Origin: a virus
Taxonomy: Duplodnaviria > Caudoviricetes
Direction: 5' to 3' (one strand)
Virus record (IMG/VR): IMGVR_UViG_3300007754_000852
Length of the DNA: 64,000 nt
A program made the position numbers and the translations under genes. Position 1 is the stretch's first letter; the number at the start of each line of letters is the position of its first letter. Under the pieces are notes generated by a model. It made no database searches, was not told the origin of the DNA, and saw nothing but the letters and a program-made list of their open reading frames with translations. This document shows positions 30,004-38,962 of this stretch, piece by piece.

Positions 30004-31869
30004 TTAGTCAACCTCTTCATACTCTGCTTCAGAGAAGTCATCGCTTTCATGAGATGTCTCTTCATTTTTTGATGCATTCTCATACATTTCCCTTCCGGCA
30101 TTTTGAGATACCTCTTCAAGCTTCTCAAGAGCGCTTAAGAGAGCCTCTCTGTCATCCCCAGACAACGCATCCTTGGCATCAGCAACTGCAGACGTAATAT
30201 CAGCAAGAGTCTGATCTGATATCTGCCCACCTGAATCCTTTGTCATTTTTTCAACCTGATAGACTAGACTGTCGCATCTATTTCTATCTTCTACGTCTTT
30301 CTTTCTAATTGCATCTTCCTCTTCATGTTGCTTTGCATCATTAATCATTCTTTCAATATCGTCATCAGACAGTGATCCTTTACCCTCTATTCTAATAGAC
30401 TGATTTTTTCCTGTCGCCTTGTCTTTTGCTGAAACACTAACAATTCCGTTTGCATCGATATCAAATGTAACCTCGATCTGCGGGATCCCTCTCGGTGCGA
30501 CTGGTATGCCGTCTAGCCTAAACCTTCCAAGACTCTTGTTGTTCTTTGCAAACTGCCTTTCACCCTGAAGAACATGAATATCAACAGACGTCTGACCATC
30601 AGCTGCTGTGCTAAATGTCTCATTTTTTGAACACGGTATTGTTGAATTTCTATCAATTAGCCTAGTCATAACACCGCCCAGAGTCTCAATTCCAAGAGAC
30701 AAAGGTGTTACATCTAGCAAGAGAACATCGTGAACATCACCTGAGAATACCCCTCCTTGAACTGCTGCACCTAATGCGACAACTTCATCAGGATTTACAG
30801 AGCTGTTAGACTTTTTGTCAAAGAGCTTCTCAACTGCAGACTTAACTGCAGGGATTCTTGTTGATCCGCCTACGAGTATTACCTCATCAATGTCACCAAC
30901 ATTTAGCCCTGCATCCTTTAGGGCTCTCTTTGTAGGCTTCAGCGTTCTTTCAACAAATGACTCAATCATCTGTTCAAATTTTGACCTTAGAAGCTCAACT
31001 TGAAGATGTTTTGGCCCTGTTGAATCTGCTGTTAAAAATGGCAAGTTTACCTCTGTTTTTTGGGTGCTGGAAAGCTCTATTTTTGCCTTTTCAGATGCAT
31101 CTTTTAGTCGCTGTAAGACCATCTTATCTCCGCTGACGTCGATACCTGTTTTGTTCTTAAACTCTTCAATCAGCCATGATATTAATATCTGATCAACATC
31201 GTCGCCGCCTAGTCGAGTATCTCCATTTGTGCTAAGCACCTCAACAACGCCTTCTGCTATTTCAAGAATTGATATGTCAAATGTTCCACCTCCGAGATCA
31301 AATACAGCAATTTTTTGATCCTTTTTTTTGTCAAATCCATACGCTAATGCTGCAGCCGTCGGCTCATTAATAATTCTCTTTACATCAAGACCAGCAATCT
31401 GCCCAGCATCCTTTGTGGCCTGCCTTTGATCATCGTTAAAATATGCAGGAACAGTTACTACTGCTTCATTTATCTCACATCCAAAATATGACTCAGCTGA
31501 CCTTTTCAACTTTAAAAGAATCTGTGCACTTATCTCCTGTGGCGTATACTTCTTATCATCTATCTTTACGCTACATAGCTCACCCTCACCTGAGACAACA
31601 TTGTACGGCACATTCTTAATATCATCTTTTGAATCTGAAAATCTCGCCCCCATGAACCTCTTGATAGAAAATACTGTGTTTTCTGGATTAACAACGGCCT
31701 GTCTTCTGGCAGGATCACCTACAAGCCTCTCACCCTCCTTTGTAAATGCAACAACAGAAGGTGTTGTTCTGCTTCCTTCTTCGTTTGTAATTATCTTTGG
31801 TGTATCACCCTCTATGACTGAAGCGCAACTATTTGTTGTGCCCAAATCAATTCCTAGTACTTTTCCCAT
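30004..31869 (-). CDS. dnaK: Hsp70 chaperone DnaK
   Basis: [51 protein letters not shown]. Confidence 0.98.
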   Translation of the reverse strand: MGKVLGIDLGTTNSCASVIEGDTPKIITNEEGSRTTPSVVAFTKEGERLVGDPARRQAVVNPENTVFSIKRFMGARFSDSKDDIKNVPYNVVSGEGELCSVKIDDKKYTPQEISAQILLKLKRSAESYFGCEINEAVVTVPAYFNDDQRQATKDAGQIAGLDVKRIINEPTAAALAYGFDKKKDQKIAVFDLGGGTFDISILEIAEGVVEVLSTNGDTRLGGDDVDQILISWLIEEFKNKTGIDVSGDKMVLQRLKDASEKAKIELSSTQKTEVNLPFLTADSTGPKHLQVELLRSKFEQMIESFVERTLKPTKRALKDAGLNVGDIDEVILVGGSTRIPAVKSAVEKLFDKKSNSSVNPDEVVALGAAVQGGVFSGDVHDVLLLDVTPLSLGIETLGGVMTRLIDRNSTIPCSKNETFSTAADGQTSVDIHVLQGERQFAKNNKSLGRFRLDGIPVAPRGIPQIEVTFDIDANGIVSVSAKDKATGKNQSIRIEGKGSLSDDDIERMINDAKQHEEEDAIRKKDVEDRNRCDSLVYQVEKMTKDSGGQISDQTLADITSAVADAKDALSGDDREALLSALEKLEEVSQNAGREMYENASKNEETSHESDDFSEAEYEEVD

Positions 31870-31944
31870 TTTTATCTCCTAGATTTGTTTTATCGGAATT
31901 TTCCTATCATAAATGTAGACACGATTTTATAAGAGGAAACCCTT

Positions 31945-32991
31945 TTATTGATTTTTTTGTCTTATTTTTTCAAGCTTTTCAATTAAAGACCGTTCTTCTT
32001 CACTTATCTCTTTTGGAATGTCAATTTTAACATGAGCATAATGATCTCCCGGACTCATGTCCCCCCTTATCATTCCCAATCCACATAGTGAAAATACATC
32101 TTTTTCCCTTGTTCCTGCAGGTATGTTAAATGTAACATCACCGTGGAGTGTCTCTATTCTAATACTGTCTCCTAAAACTGCCTGACCATAAGATATCAAA
32201 ACATTTCCATGAATGTCATTCATCTCTCTTTCAAACTTCTCATGGGGCATGACATCAACTCTCACTATCAAATCTCCAAAAATATTTGAAGCGGGATGGC
32301 AATGTCCCATTTTTGAAATCCTTAGCATCTCTCCTGACATTATCCCCTTAGGAATTTTAATATTAATAGACTTACTCTCAGCAGTCCTTCCTGCACCACT
32401 GCACATCGAACAATGTTTAATTACCTTTTTTCCACTTCCACCACAAGATGAACATGTCATTGAAATGTTTAAAAATGCAGCTTTATGATGAACCTTTCCA
32501 GATCCCTTACAAGAGCCGCACTCTTGTAGATCATTAGAATTTTCAATTCCCTCGCCGAGACATCTACTACACTGAATGCCTCTCTCAAACATGATGTTTC
32601 TTTCTGTTCCTGAAAATGCATCTCTTAAAGAGACGTTGATTCCTATGTGTAAATTTTCACCCTGTTGTGGTGGAGGTCGAGTTCCTTGTCTTTGCTGGTT
32701 GAAGAAGTTGTTGTCAAACCCTCTGAATCCAGAAAAAAAACTTTCAAATATGTCGTTTGGATTACCAGAAAATGAAAAATTATGAAGACCTCCTGAATCG
32801 TATTCGCTTCTTTTCTCTTTGTTCGAGAGAACCTCATATGCCTCAGTCGCTTCCTTGAACTTTTCTTCTGCGTCTTTGTCTTCCCTGTTTCTATCTGGAT
32901 GATACTGTAATGCTAGCTTTCTATATGACTTCTTTATATCATCGACGCTTGCGTCTTTTTTTACACCTAGTATTTTATAGTAGTCTTTCAC
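31945..32991 (-). CDS. dnaJ: DnaJ chaperone with J domain and zinc finger
   Basis: [14 protein letters not shown], four CxxCxGxG repeats, GDLIV. Confidence 0.95.
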   Translation of the reverse strand: MKDYYKILGVKKDASVDDIKKSYRKLALQYHPDRNREDKDAEEKFKEATEAYEVLSNKEKRSEYDSGGLHNFSFSGNPNDIFESFFSGFRGFDNNFFNQQRQGTRPPPQQGENLHIGINVSLRDAFSGTERNIMFERGIQCSRCLGEGIENSNDLQECGSCKGSGKVHHKAAFLNISMTCSSCGGSGKKVIKHCSMCSGAGRTAESKSINIKIPKGIMSGEMLRISKMGHCHPASNIFGDLIVRVDVMPHEKFEREMNDIHGNVLISYGQAVLGDSIRIETLHGDVTFNIPAGTREKDVFSLCGLGMIRGDMSPGDHYAHVKIDIPKEISEEERSLIEKLEKIRQKNQ

Positions 32992-33251
32992 GTCTTTTGT
33001 AGTTTCTTATCAGCTATAGCTATGTGTGCCTTACAATACTCATGATCACTGTTGCATGTGTTTGCTCGACAGGGTTTATCACTATAGTATCCACCGCAGC
33101 ACTTGCTAAAAAATGCTTTATTCCACAGCCTGACTCTTTCTTCCCTATTCAATTGTCCCATAGTACGGCTCAAAAATGAGCTCTCCTTTTTTGCTACACC
33201 TGAAAAGATAGTCGTCAAGCTCATCAAATGTCGTACAAACCTTGATTCCAC
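32988..33251 (-). CDS. Small Cys/His-rich hypothetical protein (start probably internal MGQL)
   Basis: CCGG...C...C...H..C..H pattern; annotated start overlaps the upstream gene. Confidence 0.5.
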   Translation of the reverse strand: MESRFVRHLMSLTTIFSGVAKKESSFLSRTMGQLNREERVRLWNKAFFSKCCGGYYSDKPCRANTCNSDHEYCKAHIAIADKKLQKT

Positions 33252-33585
33252 TTTGAGATAACATCAGATTGAACGGCGCGCCTTCGGGTAGCCCAGCACA
33301 GAAATACACGATCGGAGTATCTGACTGATATGCTACTCCCGCCTCAAAGATGCTACCCATATCTTTATCTCTGGTGTTGCACAGCACAAAATCATTTCCC
33401 AGTATGTGTTCAACATTACCGTCAAACGTTTCACGTTGTGTATTAAGATCAGCAGTTGGCGGGCAGATGAAAAAATCCTTTGGAGAGAAATACTCAAATG
33501 AATGTTTTGTTAACAATTCCTTTATTGTTTCTACCTCCTCATATGCAGTGGGTGTAAACCATGAGCTAGCAATATACGCCTTCAT
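33145..33585 (-). CDS. Nucleoside 2-deoxyribosyltransferase / nucleotide N-glycosidase family
   Basis: YIASSWF, YFSPKD, D.GSIFEAGVAY. Confidence 0.85.
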   Translation of the reverse strand: MKAYIASSWFTPTAYEEVETIKELLTKHSFEYFSPKDFFICPPTADLNTQRETFDGNVEHILGNDFVLCNTRDKDMGSIFEAGVAYQSDTPIVYFCAGLPEGAPFNLMLSQSGIKVCTTFDELDDYLFRCSKKGELIFEPYYGTIE

Positions 33586-34571
33586 TATTCATTCTCCTTT
33601 ATAAGATTATATTCAGCTTCAAGAGCGCTGATCTCACTCAAGATCTCGCGCCATATCTGTCTAAATTTTGTGTTTCCAGCTGACTCCTCATCAGGTGGAT
33701 TCGTTCCATTGAGGTCAGATCTAAGAGCTTGATAGATCGTGTCGTTGGGGTGATACTCAACATGATCGTCGCTATCACTGTCAGGCCAGTACAGATTTGT
33801 TCCAGTTCCTGATCGAACATTCTTTACATAATGCCACGCCGGACTAGTTAGCGTTTTTGTTCCAATGACAGTGCTAGCCTCTGGTAACACCTTGATCACC
33901 TCTAACGCCATCTTCGCTGCGATCAGATTATCTGCAGCCGGCTGGATCTGCTTGTCAGCGCGCTGCTTGACAAAGCCTATGATATCCTTGAGGTTGAACC
34001 TACCATAATAGAATGTTGACAGGCACTTAGGAAGAACTGTTCTAGCGTCCATCATAGAGATCTGCTTCGTGTCAACCATGTCAGCGTAGAGCTGCTTTGC
34101 ATCCTCAACATGACGCTTCCACCGACGATACATCTCTGGACTATTCTCAACAGATGATGGAACCAGGCATGGCTCGTGGTGAAGAAATCTGTCACCTGTA
34201 CATTGAGCTGCGTACGATCCTGCCCTGTGCCTGATAAGATGTGTTACGGTTTGAAGGTCAATTCCTGCAAACTTAAACGTGAAGCTAAAGATCTCCATGG
34301 GCGTTGGTAATGCCCTGAAATTTAGCACATCTTCTAGGTTCTCGCTTAACTCATGTCTTGTAGCGCTGTCTGGATCTGACATCTCTGGGCTATCTGCCCA
34401 CGTCGCCTTGACATATCTCCACGCTGTATCTCTCATCTGCTCAGCGGTCGGGTGGTCAACAAGCTCAATTTGAAGAGCATCGAGATCATTTAAAAATTCT
34501 GTTGTTGGATCCTCATTGAATCTCAGGGACATCGGTAGGGTTACGGGGTCAAGATCTTTATTTTGCGGCAC
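33585..34571 (-). CDS. Flavin-dependent thymidylate synthase (ThyX)-like
   Basis: HLIRHRAGSYAAQCTGDR, DARTVLP, N-terminal E..SF.F; divergent. Confidence 0.7.
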   Translation of the reverse strand: MPQNKDLDPVTLPMSLRFNEDPTTEFLNDLDALQIELVDHPTAEQMRDTAWRYVKATWADSPEMSDPDSATRHELSENLEDVLNFRALPTPMEIFSFTFKFAGIDLQTVTHLIRHRAGSYAAQCTGDRFLHHEPCLVPSSVENSPEMYRRWKRHVEDAKQLYADMVDTKQISMMDARTVLPKCLSTFYYGRFNLKDIIGFVKQRADKQIQPAADNLIAAKMALEVIKVLPEASTVIGTKTLTSPAWHYVKNVRSGTGTNLYWPDSDSDDHVEYHPNDTIYQALRSDLNGTNPPDEESAGNTKFRQIWREILSEISALEAEYNLIKENE

Positions 34572-34572
34572 T

Positions 34573-35544
34573 TCATCTTTCCTTTTTTGTTAAGCTGTGC
34601 ACTAGATCATATACCGAATTAACATCCGTGTACATGGTGACATCTGAAACTTTTTTAAGCTCCTGATTATATGACATCTCAGGTGATAAAACCTTAACGC
34701 CATGCTTAGCATACTCACTCGCATGCTTGGCTGAGTCATCTATCGCACACACAACACCGTCAGCATCGTAGAAATCCTTCTGAACAAGCCATCTAAACTT
34801 TTCTGGTGAAAAATCAAGGTGATGAAACTTTAATCCTGCGTGCTCAAGCCAGAAATATGTGTCATAGAGACAAAGAAGGTTATCGCTTGGCCTCGCTGTG
34901 ATGATCTGAATCCAGTACCCTTCGTCATGTAACCTGTTCAAGACATCTATCATCTCACGATTTCTTGTGATGTGACGTAGCTTTCTCTCCTCAATGAACT
35001 CCTGAAACACCGCCTCTGGAAGAAGACCCGCTGCCTTTACCTCCTTTGAGGAGTAATATTCTGTTGAGTCATCAGGAACGATCACACCCTTTCTTTCCTT
35101 TAGCCACTTTGTGAAATACCCTCTAAACTCATTTAACACATCGTCCATGTCAACGAGAAGGACAGGTTGACCATCCCACTTATTCTTTTCCATCCTGTGG
35201 CGGGCGTGTAAGTAAAGATCCTTGTCCCAAAATGCGCCAATGAAGTCAGAGGGTTCAAACTCCCACATGTTCATCATTGCAAGAAGATATCGAAATGCGT
35301 CGACTGACTTATAGAGGATCTTGACCTTGTCGATGTCATGCTTGACCAATCGATGATCTTTAAAATTAACAGATGTCGCAAGCCCTGTCGCCTCTGCGTG
35401 AATCGCAAGGGCAAATGACTTGGTCATCTCCTCCTTCTGTCGATCGCTCATCTCATTCTTGTCAAAAAACAGAGATGAAAACTCATCCTGTCGATTAAAC
35501 ATCTTAAGAAATGTCGTGCTATGCTTTGTGTCGTCACTGCTCAT
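34573..35544 (-). CDS. MazG-like all-alpha domain fused to a HAD 5'(3')-deoxyribonucleotidase
   Basis: Helical N-domain (HAEA...VDAFRY); LLVDMDDVL, ITARP, AIDDS. Confidence 0.75.
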   Translation of the reverse strand: MSSDDTKHSTTFLKMFNRQDEFSSLFFDKNEMSDRQKEEMTKSFALAIHAEATGLATSVNFKDHRLVKHDIDKVKILYKSVDAFRYLLAMMNMWEFEPSDFIGAFWDKDLYLHARHRMEKNKWDGQPVLLVDMDDVLNEFRGYFTKWLKERKGVIVPDDSTEYYSSKEVKAAGLLPEAVFQEFIEERKLRHITRNREMIDVLNRLHDEGYWIQIITARPSDNLLCLYDTYFWLEHAGLKFHHLDFSPEKFRWLVQKDFYDADGVVCAIDDSAKHASEYAKHGVKVLSPEMSYNQELKKVSDVTMYTDVNSVYDLVHSLTKKER

Positions 35545-35594
35545 AATTTATTGTCCAATTGATATTTTTTCAAACGCAAACATTGATTCAATAA

Positions 35595-35623
35595 ATTCTA
35601 CACAGTTAAGGTAATTTTTACAA
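35595..35623 (-). promoter_or_regulatory. Sigma70-type promoter
   Basis: TTGTAA-N17-TAGAAT. Confidence 0.55.
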
Positions 35624-35636
35624 CACTCTACGCGCT

Positions 35637-36002
35637 TTAATAGCCGCCGAGAATTCTCTTTACGTTTACCTCACCCTTTGACATGTATGTGTCAAAAAGC
35701 TCATCAGACGAGATACCTGAACAGATCACTATGCCAAAGAAATAGTGAAGCACATCACACAATTCCTCGACATAGGCCTCTCGATCAAACTCTGTCACCT
35801 CAGTCGCTCTGTGATACTTGCTATTTTTAAGAAGAATATTTGACTCAAACAGCTCACCCATACACTCATATGCTAGCATTCTAAGAAACTGCTGTGATTT
35901 CTTTTCTGTGATTTCAAGCGGAACATCTGGGTGAGATCTATGTTCTTGCATGAGAGATATAAACTCTTCTTGCTGTTCATACATCTTTTTTAGTCTATCC
36001 AT
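35637..36002 (-). CDS. All-alpha dNTP pyrophosphatase (MazG/dUTPase-2/dCTPase-like)
   Basis: ECMGELFE...EELCDVLHY...YMSKGEVN. Confidence 0.8.
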   Translation of the reverse strand: MDRLKKMYEQQEEFISLMQEHRSHPDVPLEITEKKSQQFLRMLAYECMGELFESNILLKNSKYHRATEVTEFDREAYVEELCDVLHYFFGIVICSGISSDELFDTYMSKGEVNVKRILGGY

Positions 36003-36004
36003 TT

Positions 36005-36241
36005 TTACGTCATCTCAGATGGGTTATTAAGACTGCTGATGTCAGACATAAGCTTTTCAACATGCTCCTCGCCAAGAGATCTATACTCAGGTGTTAAAGT
36101 TAAAATAGACTCATCATCATCTGACGCTGTAACACGTATCATTCTAAGATTGTCAACGACGTCAGTTCCAGTTATGATTGCTAGCTGTACAAGTCTAGCT
36201 ACCTGTGCAACAACCTCATCAGAAAGTTTAAATTCAGACAT
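36005..36241 (-). CDS. Hypothetical protein
   Basis: 78-aa ORF with AGGAG RBS. Confidence 0.75.
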   Translation of the reverse strand: MSEFKLSDEVVAQVARLVQLAIITGTDVVDNLRMIRVTASDDDESILTLTPEYRSLGEEHVEKLMSDISSLNNPSEMT

Positions 36242-36316
36242 TACTACTCCTAATCCATAAGCTTACATTGATATCATGATATTTTTAAGCTTCTATATAA
36301 AACTATCATCATAATA

Positions 36317-37003
36317 TTGTATGTTATAGTAAAGGCATGTTCAATGAAAAGAGTTATCATTTCAGACACTCACATCGGAAGTAATTTCTATAAATCTGAC
36401 ATCCTCTTAGAATTTCTAAAAAATGAGACATACGATCAGTTAATTCTTGCCGGTGATATCATTGACTTTTTAAAGATTCCCATGTTTACAGAAAGGTGCA
36501 TGGAGATTCTAAAGGTAATCAGTTGCAGCAGAGACATCATCTATATCGTTGGTAATCACGACGAGAGCTTTGTCAAGCTCGCAGGCAAGAATCTTCTTGG
36601 GATTAACTTTGTCAAAAAATACGAATTTTCTGAGGGTGGGAGGAAGTTTAGAATAGAGCATGGCGATGAGTATGACAAAGGTGTCATTCATAATAGGATC
36701 TTTGTCAAGCTTCTCTCTGTCATCCAAAACATACTAGAGATCGCATTTAGCTTTGATTTCACGTCATGGTGGACAGAGAAGCAGATCAAAAAGCACAAGC
36801 TACGAAGCGTGATCCACATTCTTAGGCACAATGACGACATTGACGTTTTTATCATGGGTCACACTCACAATCCTGAGGCGTTGATATGGATAAACGAGGA
36901 TCAAAACATTAAAACATATATCAACGCCGGTGATTGGGTCACACACCAGACATATGTTACAATTTGTGACGGTGTCGCACGATTACAAAAATTCAATAAA
37001 TAG
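36317..37003 (+). CDS. LpxH-like metallophosphoesterase (likely start ATG 36344)
   Basis: ISDTHIG, LAGDIID, VGNHD, EHGDEYD, MGHTH, NAGDW; only plus-strand gene. Confidence 0.88.
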   Translation: MYVIVKACSMKRVIISDTHIGSNFYKSDILLEFLKNETYDQLILAGDIIDFLKIPMFTERCMEILKVISCSRDIIYIVGNHDESFVKLAGKNLLGINFVKKYEFSEGGRKFRIEHGDEYDKGVIHNRIFVKLLSVIQNILEIAFSFDFTSWWTEKQIKKHKLRSVIHILRHNDDIDVFIMGHTHNPEALIWINEDQNIKTYINAGDWVTHQTYVTICDGVARLQKFNK

Positions 37004-37415
37004 ATTTCAAAAAATTGTGATAATTTATCAATGCGCCATCTTTTGGTTTCACATCCTGCCACTCACCTAAGCAGAAGATTCGATATGCATCTACGGCATA
37101 CTTTCCGACTCCGTAGAGAACATCTGGACTATCCTTCCAGCTCTCATTGAGGTAACCAATAGACATCATCACCAAGGCCTTAGAACGTCTCTGGGACAGC
37201 CCTAACGGCTGTATCATCCTCTCTATCTCTACGGGATCTGTCGCTGCAGCTGTCTCAGGATCAGGATATCGCTCGAAAAACTTCCACATGTAAGGTTCAG
37301 AGTCAACTCGTCTAGTTAGGTTGCAGAAGATACAAGCGACAAATATCTTCCACGGGTCATGCCACAGTTGTTCCTGAATTAGATTATACGGTGACTTCGG
37401 CGGGGACCAGTACAT
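36993..37415 (-). CDS. MBD4-like HhH-GPD mismatch DNA glycosylase
   Basis: WSPPKSPYNLIQEQLWHDPWK, QPLGL, LYGVGKYAVDAYRIF closely follow the MBD4 catalytic domain, including its Asp. Confidence 0.88.
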   Translation of the reverse strand: MYWSPPKSPYNLIQEQLWHDPWKIFVACIFCNLTRRVDSEPYMWKFFERYPDPETAAATDPVEIERMIQPLGLSQRRSKALVMMSIGYLNESWKDSPDVLYGVGKYAVDAYRIFCLGEWQDVKPKDGALINYHNFLKSIY

Positions 37416-37421
37416 GAGATG

Positions 37422-37451
37422 ATTATAGCATGCAAGATAGGATTTTTACAC
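37422..37451 (-). promoter_or_regulatory. Sigma70-type promoter, probably leaderless
   Basis: GTGTAA-N18-TATAAT with TGC extension, 6 nt before ATG 37415. Confidence 0.5.
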
Positions 37452-37454
37452 ATT

Positions 37455-38165
37455 CTATTCTTCTTCATCTGGCCTATTATTCCACCCTCTTATGTTCGCA
37501 AATATGTTCATTATGTCTGACTTTACATCATCGTCTGCATGTGTCCATTGCCATATGGCACTGCTCTTTATTTCTAATATCTTTTTCTCGAGAGCTGTTA
37601 TCTCATCCCTAAGAAATAAAATGAACTCATCATCATCAACTGTAAAGTCAACACCAAGATCACCAGCAGACTCTAAGAGATTTATATAGTTATCACTTTT
37701 ATATGACTCAGCAGCTTTTTTATAAATACCAATTAACTTTTCCTTAAGCGTCTTATCTAGCGACTGCGGCACCTTGTCAGGATGTGTCATTAGTGCTATT
37801 TTTCTAAATATTTTTTTTACCCACGGAGGTTTCTCCACGATGTCGTTTTCATAAAATTTATCAGCATCCGTGTGATTTATGTCATCTAGATCACCACTAT
37901 CATCAGACTGTGACACCTCTATGTCTCTATCGTCATTTAAAAACTCATTGCTGACCTCGTCGTCTTCTATACCCAGCTTGTCTTTTTTCTCAACAGCGCT
38001 ATTAAAGAATTCAATCTTTGCCTCATCATATATTTGCTGACACTCGTCAAGCTCAGCCTTGAGATATCGAATCTTAAGAGTTAGCTTATTAACTTTTGAG
38101 CTGTTATTCACCTTTGTCTTATCACAGGTCACGACGTCTAAACGCCGCAACAACATCTCTAACAA
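37455..38165 (-). CDS. J-domain-containing protein (start uncertain)
   Basis: IFRKIALMTHPDK; coiled-coil N-terminus. Confidence 0.7.
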   Translation of the reverse strand: MLEMLLRRLDVVTCDKTKVNNSSKVNKLTLKIRYLKAELDECQQIYDEAKIEFFNSAVEKKDKLGIEDDEVSNEFLNDDRDIEVSQSDDSGDLDDINHTDADKFYENDIVEKPPWVKKIFRKIALMTHPDKVPQSLDKTLKEKLIGIYKKAAESYKSDNYINLLESAGDLGVDFTVDDDEFILFLRDEITALEKKILEIKSSAIWQWTHADDDVKSDIMNIFANIRGWNNRPDEEE

Positions 38166-38355
38166 TAAGAAACGGCCATAACGCTGATAGCTTTACTCTA
38201 TCTTTATGGTAATCCTGCATCTTTTTAAAGATCATCTTAAACTCTTTTGATCGTGAAGCCTCACAAGCATGTCTAAATGACAAAAAAGAAGAAAGGTGTA
38301 GCAATAAATAAAATAAGAAAATTTTAAAATACGTTAAAAACATAGGTATCATCAT
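38122..38355 (-). CDS. Small membrane-anchored hypothetical protein
   Basis: GGAGGAG RBS; hydrophobic N-terminus. Confidence 0.45.
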   Translation of the reverse strand: MMIPMFLTYFKIFLFYLLLHLSSFLSFRHACEASRSKEFKMIFKKMQDYHKDRVKLSALWPFLIVRDVVAAFRRRDL

Positions 38356-38356
38356 C

Positions 38357-38866
38357 TTATAACTCCTCCTCTAAATAATCCTTAAACATCCTTATGTCTC
38401 TCACTCTTTCAGGTCTTTGATCTGGAGTTCGTCTCTTTTCTATATCCTCAAGAGCCTCCCCGCGCTTAACTCTTCCGTCTATTCTCTTAAGAGTTTCTAA
38501 ATCACCTTTCTTTTCATCTATGTGCTCGTCAATTGTCTGAATGTATATCTTAAAACCCTCTAACATCCCTTCTTTCCTTATGATTTTCATTCGTTCATTT
38601 ATGACATATTCATTAGAAAATTTATTTATCTGTATAAGTGCGGCGATAGCAATAGAGCACTTCTTGTCAATTGACTCCTGAGCATTTATCTCACCTTCAA
38701 GACTCTTTATAAACTCTGATATCTGTGAGCACGGTTTTTCAGCGCCAGGCAACAACTTTTTATCATTTTCTAAGTTTTTTTCTATCTTTTTAGAATTTTC
38801 ATCTAAGCTTGACCTGATGTTGATAAGAGCATCGATCTCTCCGTTAATTTTTAAAAAATCTGGCAT
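38357..38866 (-). CDS. Coiled-coil hypothetical protein
   Basis: 169-aa ORF, GGGAG RBS. Confidence 0.7.
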   Translation of the reverse strand: MPDFLKINGEIDALINIRSSLDENSKKIEKNLENDKKLLPGAEKPCSQISEFIKSLEGEINAQESIDKKCSIAIAALIQINKFSNEYVINERMKIIRKEGMLEGFKIYIQTIDEHIDEKKGDLETLKRIDGRVKRGEALEDIEKRRTPDQRPERVRDIRMFKDYLEEEL

Positions 38867-38900
38867 ATGACTCCCGACATGTTAGACAATTATAAATAAA

Positions 38901-38929
38901 TCGACCCTGGGAATAAATCCCAGGGTCGA
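38901..38929 (-). terminator. Intrinsic terminator
   Basis: Perfect 12-bp stem TCGACCCTGGGA/TCCCAGGGTCGA, 5-nt loop, followed by TTTATTT on the minus strand. Confidence 0.85.
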
Positions 38930-38962
38930 AGACTTTAGCAAAAAACTAAAATCAATTATATA

